This document shows positions 1-9,031 of a stretch of 64,000 bases of DNA, one piece after another. The translations under genes were made by a program, and so were the position numbers. The number at the start of each line of letters is the position of its first letter. The stretch's first letter is position 1. The DNA lies in contig JACRHW010000006.1 of NCBI GenBank assembly GCA_016217555.1, forward strand, positions 18,153 to 82,152, written 5' to 3'. The notes under the pieces were generated by a model, which worked only from the letters and a program-made list of their open reading frames with translations, did no database searches and was not told the origin of the DNA. The stretch is from Parcubacteria group bacterium. GTDB taxonomy: Bacteria > Patescibacteriota > Minisyncoccia > UBA6257 > JACRHW01.

Positions 1-59
1 ACAAAGATTCTTGAGGGAAATAGTGTGGAATAATATCCTGAAAGGAGGAGGGCGTTGTC

Positions 60-227
60 ATGGCATATAAGGCAAGGAAGACTGAACACTCTGGTCCCAA
101 AAAGGGGCGAGGGGCTTATTGGGGTCGTAAGCAGATTGCAAAAAAAGAAAGTAATAAGAAGCGTCGTGAAGATGGCAAAAAGATTGTTTTAGATGTGGGG
201 GGAGGGTATGATGATGGACTTGAATGA
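60..227 (+). CDS. hypothetical small Lys/Arg-rich protein (55 aa)
   Basis: ATG at 60 preceded by AGGAGG (43-48); below ORF-track cutoff; overlaps start of next ORF. Confidence 0.25.
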   Translation: MAYKARKTEHSGPKKGRGAYWGRKQIAKKESNKKRREDGKKIVLDVGGGYDDGLE

Positions 228-483
228 GGTGAAAATGTTTTATGATCCACATCCTGGTTTTGCTGGTGCAGCAATTGCTATTCCACACGAAGTGAGGCGA
301 GTTGCAAATGAGCTTAATGGTAACATGGTGTCGTTGGGTGAGGCGGTGGCGAGAATTCAGGCGGTTACAAATGGCAAGGTTGAGGTTGTTGAAAGATATC
401 AATTTATTGCTCTTCATCTTAAGCAAATAGTTTTTGGTATCCAATGCGAGCATTATTTTCGTGTTATACGCTATCATTCATAA
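193..483 (+). CDS. hypothetical protein (start may be Met6-8 at 208-214)
   Basis: ORF track; followed by T-run terminator-like sequence at about 505-530. Confidence 0.35.
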   Translation: MWGEGMMMDLNEVKMFYDPHPGFAGAAIAIPHEVRRVANELNGNMVSLGEAVARIQAVTNGKVEVVERYQFIALHLKQIVFGIQCEHYFRVIRYHS

Positions 484-530
484 AAATAAGTAGAATTTCA
501 ATCTCGCACTGATATGCGGGATTTTTTTAT

Positions 531-585
531 CCCTTGAAAACTGTGGGCGCCATTATGACATGGCATAATGGCAAGGTGCAGCTTG
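531..585 (+). repeat. conserved motif CCCTTGAAAACT..GGGCGCCATTATG(A/C)CATGGCATAATGGC, copy 1 of 2 (24-bp near-palindrome 549-572)
   Basis: Near-identical block at 45656-45735; both copies lie just downstream of a T-run terminator and upstream of a + gene. Confidence 0.6.
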
Positions 586-674
586 TTCCCATGTGGTGTA
601 ATGGGTGGAAGCCTGGGGGATTTATTTTGGCATTCGACATTTGATATTTTGCGTGTTATTTTTTATATAGTTCG

Positions 675-1058
675 TTGAAAACAAAAAGGAGGATTCAAAA
701 AATGAGAAAAAGGGTGTACAAAAATGAAACTCCCATTGATGCTGAAATGGAGGTTCTTAGGCTTCTTATTGGTGAGTGGAATGATCGTACTGTTCGTAAA
801 TTGTACACAAGAATAGGGGAGGAACCTTATCTTGAGGTTGCAATTTGCACTTCTGGATATACGGGAGATATGTACACGCGCAGTGATTACTATAAAATAG
901 CCCGCGCCATTGTTTTGTTGTTGAGAAATAATGGATATGTGGAGGGAACGCCCTATTGGGGTTACACCGATTATACTGAACTTCGTGTGAGTGAATATGG
1001 GAAAGAAGCATTTTATAAGTTTGTAAAGAAACGACGCGAAGGGGAGAAGGGAGAATAG
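675..1058 (+). CDS. hypothetical protein
   Basis: ORF track 127 aa; no recognisable motifs. Confidence 0.4.
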   Translation: MKTKRRIQKMRKRVYKNETPIDAEMEVLRLLIGEWNDRTVRKLYTRIGEEPYLEVAICTSGYTGDMYTRSDYYKIARAIVLLLRNNGYVEGTPYWGYTDYTELRVSEYGKEAFYKFVKKRREGEKGE

Positions 1059-1403
1059 TATGTTGTACTCTCAGTTTCAGAAAGTTCACGTACGTCGCCC
1101 CACATTTATTGATTGGTTTTTGAATCCATCCCTTGCTTTCATTCGTCATAATTTTAGTAAACGGGAAGGTGTCATCATTTATAAGGAAAGAGGAATGTGT
1201 AGTAATGCTTACCTCTATACTGTGTTATTCTGTCTTGGCGAAAAACATAAGACTGTGTGTTTTTTCGAGGATGAACTAGAGTCCCTTTAATAGTACGTCG
1301 TCACTCATGGCGGCTTTTTTATTTTTAAATTGAGCCTGTACAAATAGAATAATCTATGTTATTTTTCTTGTAGCTCAATAAAAACTGTTTTAGGAGGACA
1401 AAT

Positions 1404-1745
1404 ATGGTTACAGGACATATGTTAGTTACCTTTCATATTCCGTGGAATGATTATGTTGCTTCTCAAGGAGCTATGGAGCATGTAGGTACGTTTTTAAAAA
1501 GTTATGGTGTTCTTTCGGTGAGGACAGCAGATAGCATGCTCATTGTAATAGGGTCCGAAGGTTATAAAGAGAGCTTTCAGACAATGACGTTTGAGGCATT
1601 GCTTTCTGGTAGTAAAGAAGATGCTCAAGTAATGATTGATAATCTTTTTAAAACTGGACGGATTCCATCAGGAAGAGAGTGGCAGGTTCTTTATCGTTGT
1701 GCCGGGGAAGATGATGTAAAGAGCTTTCGAGGGGAGGAGGTGTGA
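1404..1745 (+). CDS. hypothetical protein
   Basis: ORF track 113 aa; GGAGG upstream of ATG. Confidence 0.4.
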   Translation: MVTGHMLVTFHIPWNDYVASQGAMEHVGTFLKSYGVLSVRTADSMLIVIGSEGYKESFQTMTFEALLSGSKEDAQVMIDNLFKTGRIPSGREWQVLYRCAGEDDVKSFRGEEV

Positions 1746-1864
1746 TATGGATTAGGAATTGATAAGATAGTCGATTACTTTTTTGGGTAACAAAATATAT
1801 GAGACCTCGCAATGAGGCCTTTTTTATTTTATAATTTGTATACCTAAGAAATTAAGTATCAAAT

Positions 1865-2323
1865 ATGGAACAATGTATTTTTTGTAGTATTGCAAAGGGG
1901 GAGATGTCGGCACATGTAATTTGGGAGGATGAGAGGCACATGGCGTTTCTTTCTATTTTTCCCAATACGGAGGGATTTTCGGTAGTGATTACCAAAGAAC
2001 ATTATCCGAGTTATGCTTTTGATCTCCCTGAGAAAGTGCTGGAAGGTTTAGTTATTGCTGCACGAGAGGTGGCAAAGAGGTTGGATGGTGCATTAGAAGA
2101 TGTAGGAAGGACAGGAATGATGTTTGAGGGGTTCGGCATAGACCATGTTCATGCGAAGCTTTTCCCCATGCATGGAACGAAGATGGATAATTGGAAGGCG
2201 TTGAAATCAAATGTAGATAAATATTTTGATCAATACGAGGGATATATTTCATCGCATGATTATAAACGCGCAGATGATGAGGTGTTAGCAAAATTAGCTA
2301 AAAAAATAAAAGGAATGTCATAG
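1865..2323 (+). CDS. HIT-family (histidine triad) nucleotide hydrolase/transferase
   Basis: N-terminal CIFCSI zinc-ribbon-like motif typical of HIT proteins; DHVHAKLFP histidine-triad-like motif. Confidence 0.7.
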   Translation: MEQCIFCSIAKGEMSAHVIWEDERHMAFLSIFPNTEGFSVVITKEHYPSYAFDLPEKVLEGLVIAAREVAKRLDGALEDVGRTGMMFEGFGIDHVHAKLFPMHGTKMDNWKALKSNVDKYFDQYEGYISSHDYKRADDEVLAKLAKKIKGMS

Positions 2324-2329
2324 CAAAGG

Positions 2330-2510
2330 AGACACACCCCATCTCACCTTCACTAGAGATTTCGTTTTGGATAAATAATCTACATTTGTTTAACGTAAAA
2401 TTATTAACTCGTTCCTACGGAACTCAAACAGAATAATTTTTCTACAAATGTATTCTTATTTATCACCAAAACTCCATCATGTCGCTCAGGTGAGATGGGG
2501 TGTGCTCTAG
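2330..2510. repeat. approx. 180-bp element closed by a perfect 19-bp inverted repeat (ACACACCCCATCTCACCT / AGGTGAGATGGGGTGTG) with nested internal hairpins
   Basis: Seen directly; sits between convergent HIT (+) and NRAMP (-) genes. Confidence 0.55.
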
Positions 2511-2550
2511 ACGACAATTTTGTTTGAATGCATCCACGACCAGTCTTTTC

Positions 2551-3825
2551 TTAAAAACTGGTTATAAAAAGGGCGAGGGTGGCGAGGAACATAATAATGG
2601 CGATGCTAATTCCAAGGAGATTTTGTAGTGGGGAGTTCGTATGACTTCCCATTATTTTTTTATTGTTGCAGATAAGAAGTATAAGAAGAATAAGGGGGGG
2701 TGCGATAATACCGTTTAGTACTGCAGTATAGTAGAGCATTTTGAAAGGAGGAATACCAAGCATGTTTATAAATACCCCTATACCCGTAGCGGCTATGATA
2801 ACTCCATAAAAATGTTTTGCTTCCTTGAAGGTGAGAAAGAGTCCTGCCTTCCACCCGACAGCCTCTGCAACAGCATAAGCAATTGATCCCGCAAGGATAG
2901 GAACGGCGAGGAGTCCCACCCCTATGATTCCTAATGTAAATAAGAGGGAGGCAAAGTTACCAGCAATGGGGCGTAACGCCTCCGCTGCCTGAGCGGCAGT
3001 ATCGACAGCGAATATTCCCTGCGGTTGTAATGCGGATGCGGCGGTTGCTATGATAAAAAACATGATCAGGTTTGAGAAGAACATTCCCATGATCGTATCA
3101 GTGTGAAGGTGGTTGATCCCCCTTTTTGATATTTTTGGTTTTCCCTCTCCAATTCCTGTAATAACTCCTGCTTTGATTTCTTCCTCTACCTCTTCATCGG
3201 CTTGCCAGAAAAAAAGATAAGGGGATATAGTAGTACCCAATACCGCAACAATGTTTAATATGTATTCTTTTTCAAAAGAAAAGTGGGGTAGTACTGCCGC
3301 ACGGAGGAGAGCTCCCCAATCTTGTCGTACAAAAAGTGCACTTGCAACATAGGCGAAGAGCGAGAAGGCAAAATATTTTAAAAACTGTGCATAGCGAGCA
3401 TAGGGAACAAAAATCTCAAGAATAAGGACAAAGGCGGTAAACCCGATGAGAAGACTCAGGAAGGGAAGAGATGGAAAAAGAAGTTGGCTTGTTGCAGCCA
3501 TCGCGCCCAGATCAGCCCCAATATTAATAGTGTTGGCAATGAAGAGGAAGCCTACTGCGCTATAGAGAAGTATTTTTGAATAATGTTTTTTAAGAATTCC
3601 TGAAAGACCATTGCCTGTTACAAGCCCAATACGGCCACACATTTCTTGGAGGGCGATCATAAAGGGAAGTGAATAGAGGGGTGTCCAGAGTTGAGAGAGT
3701 CCAAACTGTGCACCTGTTTGTGCGTAGGTGGCAATTCCGGAGGGATCATCGTCAGCTGCGCCCGCAATAAACCCAGGTCCTATTTTTTTAAAAAACGTAG
3801 TAAAGAAATTTTTATTTTGTTTCAT
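2551..3825 (-). CDS. mntH: NRAMP-family divalent metal (Mn2+/Fe2+) transporter
   Basis: GPGFIAGAADDDPSGIATY motif (Nramp DPGN region); multi-TM; start placed at third Met of the ORF (MKQNKNFF). Confidence 0.8.
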   Translation of the reverse strand: MKQNKNFFTTFFKKIGPGFIAGAADDDPSGIATYAQTGAQFGLSQLWTPLYSLPFMIALQEMCGRIGLVTGNGLSGILKKHYSKILLYSAVGFLFIANTINIGADLGAMAATSQLLFPSLPFLSLLIGFTAFVLILEIFVPYARYAQFLKYFAFSLFAYVASALFVRQDWGALLRAAVLPHFSFEKEYILNIVAVLGTTISPYLFFWQADEEVEEEIKAGVITGIGEGKPKISKRGINHLHTDTIMGMFFSNLIMFFIIATAASALQPQGIFAVDTAAQAAEALRPIAGNFASLLFTLGIIGVGLLAVPILAGSIAYAVAEAVGWKAGLFLTFKEAKHFYGVIIAATGIGVFINMLGIPPFKMLYYTAVLNGIIAPPLILLILLICNNKKIMGSHTNSPLQNLLGISIAIIMFLATLALFITSF

Positions 3826-3934
3826 ATATAGTTTCTTGAAGTATAACATGTAGCGAAAAAGAGAAGTCTGTCGACAAATCAACGAAATATGCTTTACTTA
3901 ACTTAGCACAAAAATCCCAAGGGGGAATTATAAA

Positions 3935-4393
3935 ATGAGTATACCAAACATCATCAAGATCGACCGTACGAAGCCTTTCGATCCCGAAATCTTCATCGGC
4001 AAGGAGTGGGGTTTCTGGAAGGGTCCGATTGATGGCAATGGTCTCGAGAGACTTATTGGTAAGCGGGATGACGATTTGCGGCAACGCTTTGGAGATACAC
4101 TTACTGTGGAACGTATCGTTGAAGAGACAAGTAAGATGTATCATATCTATTTTCTTATTCCTGTGGGGGCAGCGGGTGGCCATGACAAGGATATGTATCG
4201 AAGATGGGTTGGGCTGCTCGGTCAGCGCAATGTAATTAGGGTATCGGATCCAGCGGTAATTTGTGAAGTTATCGCAACGGTCATTGCTCGTGAAAAGGGC
4301 GTAATAGAAAGTGATGTATCTAATGTTGATGTACTAAGAAAGCTTGGATTTGATACAAAAAAAGCGCGTCTCGTTGCACACTCTTTTGGGTAG
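3935..4393 (+). CDS. stand-alone homolog of the C-terminal domain of the two downstream vWA proteins
   Basis: KMYHIYFLIPVGAAGG..RRWVGLLGQRNVIRVSDPAVICEVIATVIA aligns with KRYHLFHIIPEGGDN..RRSWMGLLGEDHVFTLSDPALVSAIISTTI (4579-5499) and with the C-terminus of 8066-9031. Confidence 0.6.
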   Translation: MSIPNIIKIDRTKPFDPEIFIGKEWGFWKGPIDGNGLERLIGKRDDDLRQRFGDTLTVERIVEETSKMYHIYFLIPVGAAGGHDKDMYRRWVGLLGQRNVIRVSDPAVICEVIATVIAREKGVIESDVSNVDVLRKLGFDTKKARLVAHSFG

Positions 4394-4578
4394 GTTTTAA
4401 ACATGGCGGCCGCTCTTATTGCGGCTTTTTAATTTCTCAAATAAAAATTATCTTTGGTGTATCGAAAAGAGTCCAAGGGGTAATTTGACGAGAATGTTTT
4501 GGTATGGTAAAGTTGTCTTGATTTCCGTAAGGTATTTCCTTGCGGGGATTTGAAAACAGAAAAAAGGAGAAAGACAAA

Positions 4579-5499
4579 ATGGGTGGAGGAAGTTGGAACA
4601 CTGACGCATATGCAGAGACAACACGTGGAGCAAGTGCTTTTAAGTATAGTGATCAGGTGCGACAACAGAGGCCGAGTGAACGGAAGGCTCATGGCGAACT
4701 TGATCCGTACGGACTTACCGTGCGTGAAAGTAGGGATAGTGAAGAACATCCTCTTTCAAACCCAGTTATGCTATGTCTTGATGTAACAGGTTCGATGGGG
4801 AAGGTGGTCTATGGACTTCGCGATGGACTTGGAGATCTTATGGGGACATTGCTTGCGGGTGAGTATGTTTCCGATCCACAACTTCTGTTTTGTGCGATTG
4901 GCGATGCGGGTCGCGGAGATCGTGTTCCATTCCAAATTACTCAATTCGAGTCTGATTTGAGAATTAATGATCAGCTTACCAAGGTGTTTATTGAGGGCGG
5001 TGGTGGTAATAACATGGAGTCATATCAATTTTATTTCTATGCCGCCGCATATCACACCGAGATTGATTGTTTTGAGAAACGTGAGAGGAAGGGATATCTA
5101 TTTTCCATTGGTGATGAGGCGCCCTATCCAGAAGTCAATCAAAATGAAATTTTGAGAATCTTCGGTGTACAACTTCAGGGTAATATTCCAATTACGCGGG
5201 TGGTTGAACAGGCGAGAAAGCGCTATCATCTTTTTCATATTATCCCAGAGGGTGGAGATAATTTTAGTAATTCCAGCATTCGTCGTTCGTGGATGGGTCT
5301 TCTTGGGGAGGATCATGTATTCACTCTCAGCGATCCCGCTCTCGTTTCAGCGATTATCAGCACTACCATTGGTATGAACGAAGGTAAGATTACTCTCGAA
5401 GAGGGTCTTCGTAGGCTTGATCAGAAGATTGATGGGCACGGTAAGGCAAGTGTGGAGAATACTCTTAAGCCATTTGCCCGAGTTCTTGGTGTAGCGTAG
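4579..5499 (+). CDS. von Willebrand factor A (vWA) domain protein, TerY-like, paralog A
   Basis: MIDAS-type LDVTGSMG, FIEGGGGNNMESYQ and IGDEAPY motifs; AGGAG SD 8 nt upstream of ATG 4579. Confidence 0.75.
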   Translation: MGGGSWNTDAYAETTRGASAFKYSDQVRQQRPSERKAHGELDPYGLTVRESRDSEEHPLSNPVMLCLDVTGSMGKVVYGLRDGLGDLMGTLLAGEYVSDPQLLFCAIGDAGRGDRVPFQITQFESDLRINDQLTKVFIEGGGGNNMESYQFYFYAAAYHTEIDCFEKRERKGYLFSIGDEAPYPEVNQNEILRIFGVQLQGNIPITRVVEQARKRYHLFHIIPEGGDNFSNSSIRRSWMGLLGEDHVFTLSDPALVSAIISTTIGMNEGKITLEEGLRRLDQKIDGHGKASVENTLKPFARVLGVA

Positions 5500-5564
5500 T
5501 GGTAATAGGTTGATGGACTCGCAGCGACGAGTCCGTTTCTCTAAATGGGAAGGAGGGGTTTGTT

Positions 5565-6917
5565 GTGCAAAGGGTTTTTCTTACCGCAGATCTTGGATTT
5601 GGTGATGGGGGGAAGGGATCAATTGTTGATTATCTTGTTCGTCGTGAAAGGGCAGGAACTGTGGTGCGTTACAACGGTGGAGCGCAGGCTGGTCACCATG
5701 TAGTATTGTCTGACGGACGAAGTCATGTGTTTTCTCAGTTTGGAAGTGGTGCATTGGTGGATGGTGTAAAAACGCACCTCTCACGTTTCATGCTTATTGA
5801 ACCGATTGCGATGATGGATGAGTCACGTCGTCTAAAGGAGCTTGGGTGTGATGACGCGTTTTCTCGTGTCACTATCGACAGGGATGCCCTTCTTATCACT
5901 CCATTTCATGTCGCTGCGAATCGACTTATTGAAATGGCTCGAAATAAAGATAGGCATGGAAGTTGTGGTATGGGTATCGGTGAGACAATGGAAGATTTTC
6001 TTGAACTTGGACTAGGAGCACCACACATTCATGATTTATTTGATCAAACTTGTCTCGTGGAAAAGTTTCGACACATTCAGGCAAGAAAGAGGGAGAAAAT
6101 ACGCGATGTTCTCAATGAACTTCCCTCTTCAAACGAGGTGTCGTCACTTCTCGCTTATTTCGACAGTGCCTATGATTTTAACCATTGGCTTTCTTTCTAT
6201 GCACATTTTTTGGAGTTGGTCACTATTGTCGATGGATCATATCTCGGGGAAGGCTTAAAAGACGAAACAGTTGTATTCGAAGGTGCACAAGGTATCCTAC
6301 TTGATCAGATGTATGGATTTTCTCCCTATAATACGTGGACTGATATTACATTCAATAATGCACAAAAACTTCTTGATGAGGCTAGATATGATGGTGGTGT
6401 GAAACGTATTGGAATTATGCGTGGATATTTTACTCGTCATGGAGCAGGTCCCTTTGTTACAGAAGATGTCCAGATGACAGATTACTTTATTGATGTGTGC
6501 AATAAAAATAATGCATGGCAGGGTGGATTTCGTGTTGGGCATTTTGATATGGTTGCACTTCGCTATGCACTGGATGTCATCGGCGGAGTGGATGAATTGG
6601 CGATTACAAATCTTGATCGGATAATCAGTTATGTTGGGAAGGTAAAAATTTGTACCCAATATACTATTGGTGAAGAGGTCGTTTCTAGGTTAGGGGTCGC
6701 ACGACCCACAAGCGTTGCACACCAAGAGAGACTTACCGCCCGTCTCATGAACGCCGTGCCATTGTATACCGAAGAGTATCCTTGTAGAGGTACGAAAGAC
6801 ACCATTAAATATGCTAAAAGGCTTGGTGAACTTTCTGGCGTATCTCCCACAATTATTTCTTTTGGACCCACCGCAGAAGATAAAATGCTACTCAACACAT
6901 TTCTGGCAATACACTAG
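5565..6917 (+). CDS. adenylosuccinate synthetase (PurA)-family ligase, divergent paralog
   Basis: GDGGKGSIVD (P-loop, cf. GDEGKGK), YNGGAQAGHH (cf. GGNNAGHT), GSCGMGIGE (cf. GTTGRGIGP), FEGAQGILLD (exact PurA motif), FTRHGAGPF; but PurA loop GATTGRRRRTGW is replaced by NNAWQGGFRVGH; GTG start after AGGAGG. Confidence 0.75.
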   Translation: MQRVFLTADLGFGDGGKGSIVDYLVRRERAGTVVRYNGGAQAGHHVVLSDGRSHVFSQFGSGALVDGVKTHLSRFMLIEPIAMMDESRRLKELGCDDAFSRVTIDRDALLITPFHVAANRLIEMARNKDRHGSCGMGIGETMEDFLELGLGAPHIHDLFDQTCLVEKFRHIQARKREKIRDVLNELPSSNEVSSLLAYFDSAYDFNHWLSFYAHFLELVTIVDGSYLGEGLKDETVVFEGAQGILLDQMYGFSPYNTWTDITFNNAQKLLDEARYDGGVKRIGIMRGYFTRHGAGPFVTEDVQMTDYFIDVCNKNNAWQGGFRVGHFDMVALRYALDVIGGVDELAITNLDRIISYVGKVKICTQYTIGEEVVSRLGVARPTSVAHQERLTARLMNAVPLYTEEYPCRGTKDTIKYAKRLGELSGVSPTIISFGPTAEDKMLLNTFLAIH

Positions 6918-7034
6918 AGAACGGAACCGTACGATACGTACGGTTTTATATTGCACAAAACATATTTGACACTCAGAGCAAGTGTGCTATTCTTTTAAAG
7001 GTTATTTGACAAAAAGAAAGGAGCGTGAGGAGTC

Positions 7035-8042
7035 GTGAAGGATTTCTACAAAATTCTCGAGGTAAGTCCTGGTGCGAGTCAGGCGGTTATCGAAGCGGCG
7101 TATAATACTCTCATAGAGCAGAGGCATTTAGGGAGGGATAGTGGTGAGTTAGAAATTACTGATTTTCATGAAGCATTTGAAGTTCTCTCAAGTCCTATAA
7201 GACGTAGAAAGTATGATACAGAAAGAGGAGATTTACTGGGAAAAGTAATTCAGGGGACGAGTGGAGCATACCGTGTCATAGAACGTATATCTGCAGGAAA
7301 ATTTTGGCATACCTATCGTGGAGAACATATTCTCCTCGGGAAATCAGTATGCATTAAACACGCGATGTTTGTTTCTGCTGTTTTCGAGGAAAAGCTTCTT
7401 CGGGAGGCACGTGTTATTTGGGATATTCGGCACTATTCTATTCCTGTCGCGCGTGATATTATTCGGCTTGAGGATGGAAGCCTGGCGCTCGTGATGAGCT
7501 ATATCGAAGGGAAGACCCTCGCTACTATTATTCGAGAGCATGGTTCGCTCGATTCTGAACATGTGGCTTGGATTGCAGAGAGAGTCCTCAATGTATTAAA
7601 TTATCTCCACGATGAAGGTGTCGTACACGGAGATGTGCAGCCGGCTAATGTAATTGTTCAGGCGTCTTCACACCGTTTAGTACTTGTAGATTATGGGCTT
7701 GCACTCGTGAAGCCAACTGAAAAATCAGGGGTTGATGGATTTACGCCACTTTTTGCTTCTCCTGAGGCGAAGGGTGGGGGGCCACTTCTTCCGGAATCTG
7801 ATTATTTTTCTCTTGGTATGATGATGATATATGCCTTGCTTGGTGAAAAGATTTTTTTGATTGATCAAAAAATACCAGCAAATGTGCCATCGGCGCTTCG
7901 TGAATTTATTGAACGGCTCATTGTGTCAGAATTACATCTTCGCCCTGATCGAGAAAAAGAAGATCTTTTTGAAACGATCCAAAAGGTGCGGAAGCAGGTC
8001 TTTGGTCGTCGTCGTTCTGAGATGAAACTGCTTCTCGTCTAA
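7035..8042 (+). CDS. J-like domain (HPD motif absent) fused to Ser/Thr protein kinase
   Basis: N-term DFYKILEVSPGAS..HEAFEVLSSPIRRRKYD is J-domain-like with HPD replaced by HLGRD; kinase motifs VCIK (VAIK), HGDVQPANVIV (catalytic loop), VDYGLA (DFG), ASPE (APE). Confidence 0.75.
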   Translation: MKDFYKILEVSPGASQAVIEAAYNTLIEQRHLGRDSGELEITDFHEAFEVLSSPIRRRKYDTERGDLLGKVIQGTSGAYRVIERISAGKFWHTYRGEHILLGKSVCIKHAMFVSAVFEEKLLREARVIWDIRHYSIPVARDIIRLEDGSLALVMSYIEGKTLATIIREHGSLDSEHVAWIAERVLNVLNYLHDEGVVHGDVQPANVIVQASSHRLVLVDYGLALVKPTEKSGVDGFTPLFASPEAKGGGPLLPESDYFSLGMMMIYALLGEKIFLIDQKIPANVPSALREFIERLIVSELHLRPDREKEDLFETIQKVRKQVFGRRRSEMKLLLV

Positions 8043-8065
8043 ACCAAAAAGGAGGTAGGGTCGCT

Positions 8066-9031
8066 ATGTCAGAAGGTGCAGACTATGAACGATCGAGTTC
8101 TTGGGTACCAAATCATGATTTTCGTGAAGAGCGGAGAAAGTATGAGGAACGTGCAGTAAGAGTGCGCATAGAGGAAGAAAGGAAGCCAGCTGTTTCAAAA
8201 ACCCATTCGGTGTGGGTTCCTAGTATTTCGACGACAAGCTCAAGACCTCTTATTGTAATTTCTGACGTAACGGGATCTATGGGACGTTGGCCTGCGGTTA
8301 TGGCTGGAAAACTTCCTTATCTTTATCACGAAGCAAGGGATATGTATTTGGGGGAAGATGTTGAAATATGCTGGATGGCGGTTGGTGATGCCTACGCTCC
8401 CGATAATTATCCTCTTCAAATAAGACCCTTTGCGGGAAATCGAGAGATTGTAGCCTCTCGATTAAAGGAGTTGTTCATTGAGGGTGGTGGTGGAAGTGAT
8501 GTTACAGAGAGTTATGAGCTTGCTGCTTTGTATCTCCTTCACAATTGTACTACCCCGAATACGGGAGATTCGAAACCTGTCGTGATTTTTATCGCTGATG
8601 AGCAACCATATGATTTTATCCCAGTAGATAAGGCAAAAAATGTTGCCGGAGTTACTTTGCAAAAGAGGACAAGCACTAAGGAAGTGTTCGCGAAACTCCA
8701 AGAACGATTTGCAATATATCTTGTCAGGAAGCCTTATGGAGATAATCTTGGTCGGAAAAACGAAATGGATGAGGTTAATCGGGTGATTTATCAAGCATGG
8801 GTAAAACTTCTTGGTTTTGACCATATCGCTAGTCTTCCTGATGCAGAACGGATCGTTGATGTTATCTTTGGTATTCTCGCAGCTGAAGTTGATAAGGAAG
8901 AAGAATTTCGTGGAGAAATTGAAAGACGCCAACGACCTGAGCAAGTTACGTCGGTATATAAGGCTCTTGAGACTATTCATCGGAGGTTGAAACCAGATGA
9001 AGAGACGCGTCAAGCAAAACCACTTCTTTGA
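8066..9031 (+). CDS. vWA domain protein, TerY-like, paralog B
   Basis: ISDVTGSMG, FIEGGGGSDVTESYE and IADEQPY motifs; C-terminal domain shared with 3935-4393 and 4579-5499. Confidence 0.75.
   Translation: MSEGADYERSSSWVPNHDFREERRKYEERAVRVRIEEERKPAVSKTHSVWVPSISTTSSRPLIVISDVTGSMGRWPAVMAGKLPYLYHEARDMYLGEDVEICWMAVGDAYAPDNYPLQIRPFAGNREIVASRLKELFIEGGGGSDVTESYELAALYLLHNCTTPNTGDSKPVVIFIADEQPYDFIPVDKAKNVAGVTLQKRTSTKEVFAKLQERFAIYLVRKPYGDNLGRKNEMDEVNRVIYQAWVKLLGFDHIASLPDAERIVDVIFGILAAEVDKEEEFRGEIERRQRPEQVTSVYKALETIHRRLKPDEETRQAKPLL

Noticed and set aside
2052-2291. Antisense ORFs overlapping confident genes (e.g. 2052-2291, 2660-2854, 5581-5784, 8462-9013, 22257-22565, 29137-29529, 46362-47156)
   Set aside because: They are fully embedded opposite well-supported CDSs with recognisable motifs; there is no independent support.
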